A stretch of 64,000 bases of DNA from an uncultured Lachnospiraceae bacterium (GTDB taxonomy: Bacteria > Bacillota > Clostridia > Lachnospirales > Lachnospiraceae): the NCBI GenBank assembly GCA_946566685.1, contig CAMNXA010000006.1:14699-78698 (forward strand), in the 5' to 3' direction. This document shows, piece after piece, positions 38,232 through 45,299 of the stretch (the first letter of the stretch is position 1; each line of letters starts with the position of its first letter). A program made the position numbers and the translations under genes. The notes below the pieces were generated by a model. The model had not been told where the DNA came from. It worked only from the letters and a program-made list of their open reading frames with translations, and did not search any database.

Positions 38232-38441
38232 TCAGCACTGCTGCTCTTCCGCCAGCCCATAAATCTGGTACAGAGATAGTATATTCTGGTACATCAGCTT
38301 CCGAGACATCAACTGCTGATAGGTTACCGTCTTTACTTTCCCTTCTGCTTTCATCTTATCCATGGAAGACAAAATCCCGGCATACTCTTCCTGCACTGCG
38401 GCAAGCATCTTTTCAAACGCTTCCAAACGCTTTTCATCCAT
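38232..38441 (-). CDS. small hypothetical helical protein (69 aa)
   Basis: A clean ORF 29 nt downstream of the 5'-nucleotidase gene. I recognise no motif. Confidence 0.4.
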   Translation of the reverse strand: MDEKRLEAFEKMLAAVQEEYAGILSSMDKMKAEGKVKTVTYQQLMSRKLMYQNILSLYQIYGLAEEQQC

Positions 38442-38470
38442 ACACAGCTTCTCCCTTTCCGGCTCTGCGT

Positions 38471-40150
38471 CTATTTTACCACAATTCGCCCCTGCGGCAC
38501 AGCATATTCTTTTCCGATTGTTCCACCCAGATGATTGGCTATGTAATCGATCAAAACCTGATAATCCATAGTTCCCTCATCCAAGATCAGAGGATTGTCC
38601 ATAAACATCCGCTGGCCGTCTCCGCCCCGTTTGAGCAGGTAATTCTGGGAAGCAAGCGTATAAATCCTGTCAGGGTCAATGGGCGCATAACTCCCATCTT
38701 CCTGAAGTACCCTGACATCCTTTACCCGGCGCACACTCCCGCAGGATACAAACATTTCATTCTCATCCATAGCGACCGAGGACTCCACGGAAGTATCCAC
38801 CGTAAAGGTAATCCCCGACACCTGGAGGAATCCGCCGTTCTCTCCCACGGCATTTGTGCCATCGCTAAACTCCGCCTGTACTGCCCGGTTCGCCATCTCC
38901 AAAGCATCCAGTATCTCCTGTCCGCTTACCTGGGCAACGCAAAGGGTATTTCCGTAAGGATGTACGGCAAGCAGATCCCCATAGGTAATATCGCCCGCCG
39001 GCAGATTGGCCCGGATACCGCCGCCATTTACCATGGCAATATCCGCCCCGGAGACAATACGGCAGGCATCGGCACAGAAATCTCCCAGGTTAGTCTCCCG
39101 GCTTCTCACTATACGGATACCATCCTTAGAGGCAATGGACAAGTCTGCTTCACTGTGTCCTGCAACCCGCTTCATATCTTCCTCGAAACTGCCCAAAACC
39201 TCATCGATATAACATTCTGTTTCCTCGTCCTTCTCCGGATATGTAATCAGTCCCGTGGTAATGGTTCCGCCTGGGGTTATCGTAAGCTGTCCAATATAGT
39301 TTAATTCCGTTCCCGTTGAAGACAGTAATACCTCACCGCCGCTTTTATTCTTTACAACCTGACAGGGAATCACACTGTGGGAATGGCCGTCCAGCACAGC
39401 ATGCACCCCTTCCGTATGCTCGATCAGATTAATAGAACGAAACGGTGCAGAATCCTCATCCACACCCAAATGTGTCAGGAGAATGACATACTCTACCCCT
39501 TTCTCCAGACATTCATCCACCGTGGCCTGCACCTGTGTATAAAATTCTTCCCCATTATCCCCGACATAAAAATCATAGACAAATTCCCCCGCCTCATCCA
39601 TAAAATAGGTCGGCGTGGAACTGGTAATGTTCTCCGGGGTGCAGACGCCGACAAAGGCGACCTCCACATCTCCGTATCTTTCTATACGATAGGGCGAAAC
39701 TTCTTTCAGGGCGCTTTCCCCTGTACCGGTATATCGTACATTACAACACAGATACGCTGCCTCTGCTTCCTGTATAAGCCGGGAAAGCCGTTCCATGCCA
39801 TAGTCAAATTCATGATTGCCGGGCACAGCCAGATCATAGCCGATGCGATTCATCATCTGCACAGGATACTCGCCTTCTGACAAAAGGCCGATTACATCCC
39901 CCTGTATGGCATCCCCACAATCCACCAGGGTCACATAGGGTGTTTTCTCTTCCATATATTTCTGATAAGCCGCCAATCCCGCATAACCGATGTTGTCCTC
40001 CACGGCACAGTGGACGTCATTGGTATAGAGAATGACAATATCCTCCTGCTCCCGTCTGGCCGTCCCACAGCTGCATAACAATAAAAGAACTAATATTATT
40101 ACAAGCAAAACATTGATAGTACGTCTTCTGTATTTCATCTCTATCATCAT
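38471..40150 (-). CDS. secreted bifunctional metallophosphatase / 5'-nucleotidase (UshA-like) lipoprotein
   Basis: It has YTNDVHC, DCGDAIQG, VPGNHEFDYG and the lipobox LLLCSCG. The start is one of three ATGs between 40138 and 40150. Confidence 0.88.
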   Translation of the reverse strand: MMIEMKYRRRTINVLLVIILVLLLLCSCGTARREQEDIVILYTNDVHCAVEDNIGYAGLAAYQKYMEEKTPYVTLVDCGDAIQGDVIGLLSEGEYPVQMMNRIGYDLAVPGNHEFDYGMERLSRLIQEAEAAYLCCNVRYTGTGESALKEVSPYRIERYGDVEVAFVGVCTPENITSSTPTYFMDEAGEFVYDFYVGDNGEEFYTQVQATVDECLEKGVEYVILLTHLGVDEDSAPFRSINLIEHTEGVHAVLDGHSHSVIPCQVVKNKSGGEVLLSSTGTELNYIGQLTITPGGTITTGLITYPEKDEETECYIDEVLGSFEEDMKRVAGHSEADLSIASKDGIRIVRSRETNLGDFCADACRIVSGADIAMVNGGGIRANLPAGDITYGDLLAVHPYGNTLCVAQVSGQEILDALEMANRAVQAEFSDGTNAVGENGGFLQVSGITFTVDTSVESSVAMDENEMFVSCGSVRRVKDVRVLQEDGSYAPIDPDRIYTLASQNYLLKRGGDGQRMFMDNPLILDEGTMDYQVLIDYIANHLGGTIGKEYAVPQGRIVVK

Positions 40151-40173
40151 CCTATTGTGCTAACACCGTCTTC

Positions 40174-40578
40174 TTATTGCAGAAAACGAAACCTGCCCTC
40201 GGTCTCTTCCACCAGCACCGACTCCAAATCAAGTTTCTCTCGGATTTCTTCCGCCAGGCTCTCCACCTCGTCTTTTTCCACAAAAATCATCTGATAAATG
40301 AGAGCCTCATTCTCATGTACGGTTCCCGCCTCCACATACGCGCCATTAGCCGTATATTCGGTATACCCAAGTCCTCTGTCCGTGATCAGCTGCCGAATCT
40401 TCTCTCCCGCCTCCTGCGTTGAAAGAACCTGTGCACCCGTCTGTGCATTATTTAAGCCACAGTAGATTTTAAAATATTTCTCCTGCGTTTCGCCGTCCGC
40501 ATTGGTTTTGCCGCAGGCAGTGAGTGCCATCATTGCCACTGCCAAAATCATCACTGTCTTCTTTAATCTACTTTTCAT
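40174..40578 (-). CDS. small lipoprotein, unknown function
   Basis: MKSRLKKTVMILAVAMMALTACGK is a signal peptide with a lipobox. GGAGG lies upstream of the ATG at 40578. Confidence 0.6.
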   Translation of the reverse strand: MKSRLKKTVMILAVAMMALTACGKTNADGETQEKYFKIYCGLNNAQTGAQVLSTQEAGEKIRQLITDRGLGYTEYTANGAYVEAGTVHENEALIYQMIFVEKDEVESLAEEIREKLDLESVLVEETEGRFRFLQ

Positions 40579-40600
40579 TGCATCCTCCATCTTAATCTGC

Positions 40601-41287
40601 TCAATCATCCGTCATTGTAAAATACAAATACCCGTCTCCATAATAGGGCAGTTCATCAATCGTATACAGTCTGGCCGCATAATCGATCGCACTGTTCTTT
40701 TTCATCTGCTGCAAAGAATCCTTTCCCAGTTGAAACATGACACCCTCATAGGTAACGGGACAAGTCACTGCAATCGCCTTATAGACGGTACTGCCCTCAT
40801 TTCCCGACATAAACTCCACTGATATATCATAGGATTCGTCTCCGTTCTGGATTGTCACAAACCCCTCCTGGGCCGTATGTTCTCCCTCCAGCTGCTCGTT
40901 CACCGCACTGTCAAACTCAAAGCTGGTTCCCGTATATCTGTCAAAAGCACTGCACCAGAAAAGAATGCCATCACCCGTACAACCACTTGCATCAATGGCA
41001 AATTGTGCGCTCACTTTCTTAAATCCGTCTGCCACACCCTCAGTAGCCTCTGCGATGGATACCTTCACATCCGCCGTAAAGTCCCCGGTGATCTCACCGC
41101 TTGCCGAATCAAAGCCACCCATCTCCACCTGACAATCTCCCTGCGGTGTGACGGTAATTCCCTGCTTGGCACTCCATCCCTCTTCCTTTTTCTTCAAATC
41201 CTTATCATCAGTGCCGCACGCGCATAATAATACAACAGCCAGCACAACCAGCATACCCAGCTGCCACCTGTTTCTCCCTGTTATCAT
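40601..41287 (-). CDS. lipoprotein, unknown function
   Basis: ...LVVLAVVLLCACGTDD contains a lipobox. I prefer the ATG at 41287 (9 nt after AGGAG) over 41296. Confidence 0.6.
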   Translation of the reverse strand: MITGRNRWQLGMLVVLAVVLLCACGTDDKDLKKKEEGWSAKQGITVTPQGDCQVEMGGFDSASGEITGDFTADVKVSIAEATEGVADGFKKVSAQFAIDASGCTGDGILFWCSAFDRYTGTSFEFDSAVNEQLEGEHTAQEGFVTIQNGDESYDISVEFMSGNEGSTVYKAIAVTCPVTYEGVMFQLGKDSLQQMKKNSAIDYAARLYTIDELPYYGDGYLYFTMTDD

Positions 41288-41310
41288 CACACTCATCTCC
41301 TGCTATTTCC

Positions 41311-41718
41311 TCAGATACTCTTCCTGATCGTTAAAATATTCTGTCCGTCCTTATATTCATAAGCAATATCATCCATGGTCTTTTTGACCATATAGATGCC
41401 AAGGCCGCCGATTTCCCGCTCCTCCGCAGAAAGCGTAATGTCCGGGTCATCTTCTGTGAGTGGATCATAAGGAACGCCGTTATCAATAAAAGTAATCACC
41501 ACAGACAAAGGATCATTCAACACCTCCACCCGCACCGTAGCCGGACCCACTTCCGGATTATAGGCATAGTGGGCGATATTTCCAAATAACTCGTCTATGG
41601 CAATATCAATCTGCATCTGCGCCTTCATCGGGCAGTCCATCGCTTCCAGTTGCTCATTCACAAAAGCAGTGACCTCCGCTATATTTTCAACTATCGCATC
41701 GACTGTCAGTTCCTTCAT
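41311..41718 (-). CDS. RsbW/SpoIIAB-type anti-sigma factor serine kinase (HATPase_c_2)
   Basis: The N-box is DELFGNIAHYA. It also has ITFIDNGVPYDPL and the G-box EIGGLGIYMVKK. The length is 135 aa. Confidence 0.8.
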   Translation of the reverse strand: MKELTVDAIVENIAEVTAFVNEQLEAMDCPMKAQMQIDIAIDELFGNIAHYAYNPEVGPATVRVEVLNDPLSVVITFIDNGVPYDPLTEDDPDITLSAEEREIGGLGIYMVKKTMDDIAYEYKDGQNILTIRKSI

Positions 41719-41741
41719 CCCGTTTTCTCCTTTACCCCTGC

Positions 41742-42239
41742 TTACACTTCCAGCAGTCTGCGTAATTTCTTAAGTGCACTGCCATGGATCAACTTAGCAT
41801 AACTATAGGAAATATGCATGATATCCGCAGTCACTTTCAAGGTATGTCCGCTATAATAATGCAGAATAATCAAATCCCTCTCCCGCTTCTCAATCCGTAA
41901 AAGGGCATCCGCCAGACGTTCCAACATCTCTTCAGAAAGAACCTGTTCTTCAATTCCCTTATCCTCCGCAGTCAGTTCCGTCAACTCGCTAAACTGCTTC
42001 GAAGTACGATAATAATCTATCACCACATTGCGCGTGATCGTATAAATCCAGGTCGAGACGGACGCTTTGCCTGCATCAAAAGAAGACAGGGCCGCAAACG
42101 CTTTCACAAACACGCCGGAAACCAGATCCTCCACCATGTGAGGATCTGGTACTTTCCCGGAAATATAACGGGTCACTTTTTCCTTATAGTCCAGATAAAT
42201 CTGTTCCTGTAATTTTTGATTCTCAACTGTTTCAGACAT
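41742..42239 (-). CDS. ECF-like sigma-70 family RNA polymerase sigma factor
   Basis: The region 2 pattern is ...DLVSGVFVKAFAAL..FD.....STWIYTITRNVVIDYYR. Region 4 is RERDLIILHYYSGHTLKVTADIMHISYSYAKLIHGSALKKLR. I take the ATG at 42239; the Arg-rich upstream extension is discarded. Confidence 0.85.
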   Translation of the reverse strand: MSETVENQKLQEQIYLDYKEKVTRYISGKVPDPHMVEDLVSGVFVKAFAALSSFDAGKASVSTWIYTITRNVVIDYYRTSKQFSELTELTAEDKGIEEQVLSEEMLERLADALLRIEKRERDLIILHYYSGHTLKVTADIMHISYSYAKLIHGSALKKLRRLLEV

Positions 42240-42429
42240 GGGGATGATCCCCCGTGGCCGCACCCGGCCTGGGCGAAGCCGGCACTTCCCCTGCCGCATT
42301 GACAAATTCCAGGTCATCATCCGACAGCGGCACACAGTATCCGGATGCCGCCTGCCCGATGACCGCTGCAAGCCGCTTATTGTTCGCAAACTGTTGATAA
42401 TCAAACAACCCTCTCAATACCCTGTCCAT
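42232..42429 (-). CDS. small ORF (65 aa) with a double-glycine-leader-like motif, translationally coupled to the sigma factor gene
   Basis: MDRVLRGLFDYQQFANNKRLAAVIGQAASGYCVPLSDDDLEFVNAAG|EVPASPRPGAATGDHPHV. An AAAGG lies 6-7 nt before the ATG. Its stop overlaps the sigma ATG in ATGTCTGA. Confidence 0.4.
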   Translation of the reverse strand: MDRVLRGLFDYQQFANNKRLAAVIGQAASGYCVPLSDDDLEFVNAAGEVPASPRPGAATGDHPHV

Positions 42430-42480
42430 AGACTTACCTTTCTCACATATCCGCTGCTATGCGATCGGTGTTAACCTGTT

Positions 42481-42657
42481 TTATCGTCTTTTACCATTGG
42501 GTTCATCCCAGTTCCATCTTCCACCGCCAGTTACCTGATCCAGGGCATCGTCACTCAAAGCCTCTGTCTTAGGTGTGATGATAAGTCCTCCGTTTACATC
42601 CTTCAGGGCATCGTCCTTTACTCTGTTTTCCTGGTTCTGATTCATCTTGTCTGTCAT
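42481..42657 (-). CDS. 58-aa precursor-like peptide with two double-glycine motifs (peptide B; not in the ORF track)
   Basis: My own translation gives MTDKMNQNQENRVKDDALKDVNGG|LIITPKTEALSDDALDQVTGG|GRWNWDEPNGKRR. AGGAGG lies 8 nt upstream of the ATG. Confidence 0.55.
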   Translation of the reverse strand: MTDKMNQNQENRVKDDALKDVNGGLIITPKTEALSDDALDQVTGGGRWNWDEPNGKRR

Positions 42658-42820
42658 TGTCTTTTCCTCCTTTTTTCCATATCTTTATCTGATTCATCTT
42701 TTCCAGCGGAACTTATCCCGCTAACCACCATACTGTTACAAAATACTTGCTGCCTCTCCTGCATGCATTGTCTATGTACTTTGCGCTCTCATGCCACCAC
42801 TCACATCTTCCAGCGCCTCG

Positions 42821-42985
42821 TCATCTATCGGTTCTGCCCCCCCCCCCTGAAATATTCGGGGTTTTACCCTCTGTCTGCTCAATCCATGATCTGGTTTCGT
42901 TCTGTATCCTCATACCGCCGTTCACCTCATCCAGTTCTTCCTCTTCCAACAAAATACCCTGTACATTTTTTTCTTTATGATCCAT
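42821..42985 (-). CDS. 54-aa precursor-like peptide with a double-glycine leader (peptide A); apparently frame-split at a G11 tract
   Basis: MDHKEKNVQGILLEEEELDEVNGG|MRIQNETRSWIEQTEGKTPNISGGGGRTDR*. GGAGGTG lies 5 nt upstream of the ATG. It is the internal part of the 111-aa track ORF. Confidence 0.55.
   Translation of the reverse strand: MDHKEKNVQGILLEEEELDEVNGGMRIQNETRSWIEQTEGKTPNISGGGGRTDR
42837..42847 (-). repeat. G11 homopolymer inside peptide-A coding sequence
   Basis: I counted 11 consecutive C on the plus strand (42837-42847). Confidence 0.9.
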
Positions 42986-43070
42986 CTTTTCACCTCCGTT
43001 ATTGACTATACCGCTGCTTACACTTTGATACGAATCACTTCCGCCGCGGTCTAATAAAATCGTAAATTTA

Positions 43071-45284
43071 TTAAAATAATGTGGTTTTCCCCACATGCTG
43101 TACATCATCAAGCCGTTGTCTTGCCACCAACTCCGAGAAGTACCCACCCTTATCAATCAATTCGTCATAGGCGCCGTCCTCGATAATCTTCCCCTTGTCC
43201 AGCACAATGATCCTGTCGCACTGCCTGATGGTGGACAGGCGGTGGGCAATCACGATCCTGGTGCATTTTAACCTGTCAAGGGACTCCGAAACCGTCTTCT
43301 GCGTCAGGTTATCCAGGGCGGAAGTGGCCTCATCAAACATGAGAATCTTCGGTTTGGGGGCGATGGCGCGGGCAATCATCAGCCGCTGTTTTTGGCCGCC
43401 GGAAATGCCGCCTGCCCCCTCGGCAATCATGGTATGCATCCCCATGGGCATCCGCCTGATATCCTCCGCCATCCCCGCAAGTTCCGCCGCTTCCCAGGCC
43501 TCATCCAAGGTCAGCCAGGGCGCGGAGATGGTGATATTGGAATAAATATCTCCCAGAAACAGACTGCCGTTTTGCATCACCACACCAATCCGGCGGCGCA
43601 GGGACTTTAAGTCAATCGTGGTCAGGTCTTTGCCATCATAATAGACCGCGCCTTTCTGGGGCGTCTCAAATCCCAGCATCAGCCGCATCAGCGTGGACTT
43701 GCCGCATCCCGTTGCGCCCACGATGGCCACGTACTGGCCGGGACGGATTTTTAAGGAAAGATTGTCCAGAATCAGCGGCATATTTTCCTTGTAACGGAAG
43801 GACACATTGTTTAACTCTATCCCGCCGGAAAGTCTGGTAATCACCTGTTTGTTCTCGGCAATCTCCGGCACGTTTTCGAGAATCGGTCCGACCATTTCCA
43901 TCATGGGTCTAATCTGCGCAATGGTGAGCGCCACAGAGGACAGGGTCATAAAAGCCCCGGAGACCATGCCGTAAGCGGTATAAAAAGCATAGTAGTCCGC
44001 CACCGATATCTTCGTGCGGATGGCGGCATAATATATCACAAAAGTGCCCACCAGCGAAATGGCCGTGGAGATAACGCCGTTTATCTTGATCAGCATCGGC
44101 GGGTCATAGGCCAGCTTTGCCTGCTTCGCATAAAGATTGCCCCATCTGGCAAAGGCCCGCTTCTCCGCACCGGAGAGTTTGATCTTCTGTACCCCGGAAA
44201 TCATGGCATAGGACATACCGCCCTCCTTGGAAGCTAACTCCATCTGCCGCCTTACCAGTCTCATCTGCATCAGGGAAGTCAGCACCGTCACCAGGAACGT
44301 CACCCCGATCACCAGCAGAGCCGGCGTCACAAGAGCCGGCGCATATACAAATATCTGCGAGATATATAGCAGGGAAAAGAGGGACGTCAGGCCGGCGGAA
44401 AGCGCCACCGACACCAGCATCGTACACAGTTCCCCCACATACTGCATTCGGGAAGAAAGTTCCCCGGCGCTGTAATCCTTAAAAAAATCCGCCGGCAGAG
44501 ACATCACCCGGGACATCACCGCCGCCTGCACATGCACATCCAGCTTCGTTTCCATCCGGGCCATGACCAGTTGTTTTACCGCTGCAAAAAGTGCTGAACT
44601 GATGGCAACACAGACCATAAACACCAGGATGGACGATAACAGCCGCATACTGCCGGACGAAATCACCTCAGAGAACAAAATATGATTCAGCTTCGGCGCA
44701 AACATTCCCATCAGCGTGACCACGCATACCATCGCCAGAATCATGATAAAGTCCTTGACAGAGAAGGTCTGTAGCATATAGCGGATCAAATCCGAAAGAC
44801 CCAGCTTTTTCAGGGGAAACGGCTTATAGAAAGCAATCGCCTCCTCCTCGAACAACTCCTGGTTGTTATGATCAAACCTCTCTCTCTTCCCGCTTGCCGC
44901 ATCCAGATAGCTGTAACCGGAAATTCCGGCAGGGAGAAAAGCCGTGACGGCGCCATCGCTTTTACGCACCCCCAGCATCGCCCCGTCCGCATCCCGATAC
45001 CAGCCATCCGTCAATTTAACGGTTCTTCGCATAATGCCGTTGGGCCTTAGCAGAAATTCCAACTGCTCATTCATATCTTTGATACTGTCCGGTATCTCCC
45101 TGGATTTCACATGGTAGTATTTCAGAATCTCCTCCATGGCGTTTCTTGCCGTCTGCCTAGAATCGTTCAATGCCACAGATACACGGGATCCCATGACTGC
45201 ACCCGCAATGTTGACGAAGGCATCCTCAAGCATTTCGTTATCATTCTGTTTTCGTAAGCGGATCTGCTCGTCAAACCAGCCCAT
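43071..45284 (-). CDS. NHLM-type bacteriocin-system ABC transporter, ATP-binding/permease subunit without active peptidase (ABC2)
   Basis: It has a 6-TM domain, Walker A GATGCGKST, the signature ISGGQKQRLMIARA and FDEATSALD. The N-terminal ~160-aa domain has no CG... cysteine motif. GGGAGG lies 6 nt before the ATG. Confidence 0.85.
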   Translation of the reverse strand: MGWFDEQIRLRKQNDNEMLEDAFVNIAGAVMGSRVSVALNDSRQTARNAMEEILKYYHVKSREIPDSIKDMNEQLEFLLRPNGIMRRTVKLTDGWYRDADGAMLGVRKSDGAVTAFLPAGISGYSYLDAASGKRERFDHNNQELFEEEAIAFYKPFPLKKLGLSDLIRYMLQTFSVKDFIMILAMVCVVTLMGMFAPKLNHILFSEVISSGSMRLLSSILVFMVCVAISSALFAAVKQLVMARMETKLDVHVQAAVMSRVMSLPADFFKDYSAGELSSRMQYVGELCTMLVSVALSAGLTSLFSLLYISQIFVYAPALVTPALLVIGVTFLVTVLTSLMQMRLVRRQMELASKEGGMSYAMISGVQKIKLSGAEKRAFARWGNLYAKQAKLAYDPPMLIKINGVISTAISLVGTFVIYYAAIRTKISVADYYAFYTAYGMVSGAFMTLSSVALTIAQIRPMMEMVGPILENVPEIAENKQVITRLSGGIELNNVSFRYKENMPLILDNLSLKIRPGQYVAIVGATGCGKSTLMRLMLGFETPQKGAVYYDGKDLTTIDLKSLRRRIGVVMQNGSLFLGDIYSNITISAPWLTLDEAWEAAELAGMAEDIRRMPMGMHTMIAEGAGGISGGQKQRLMIARAIAPKPKILMFDEATSALDNLTQKTVSESLDRLKCTRIVIAHRLSTIRQCDRIIVLDKGKIIEDGAYDELIDKGGYFSELVARQRLDDVQHVGKTTLF

Positions 45285-45299
45285 AGGTTACCTCCCATA

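Noticed and set aside
42240-42404. An N-terminal extension of the sigma factor ORF gives the 220-aa version in the track.
   Set aside because: The extension is Arg/Cys-rich and unlike any sigma-70 family N-terminus. A good ATG with homology-consistent MSETVENQ... lies at 42239. The region is better explained by the 65-aa ORF in another frame.
42232-42985. Calling the small peptides lanthipeptides, sactipeptides or another named RiPP class, or NHLP/Nif11 precursors proper.
   Set aside because: There are no Cys residues in the putative cores. There are no LanB/C/M, radical-SAM, YcaO or cyclodehydratase genes in the array. Peptides A and B are far shorter than NHLP/Nif11 leaders. Only the exporter type and the GG motif are supported.
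42986-43156. The upstream part of the 111-aa track ORF (42821-43156).
   Set aside because: It overlaps the 3' end of the ABC2 gene and lacks an RBS. The internal ATG at 42985 has GGAGGTG upstream and begins a leader-like sequence.
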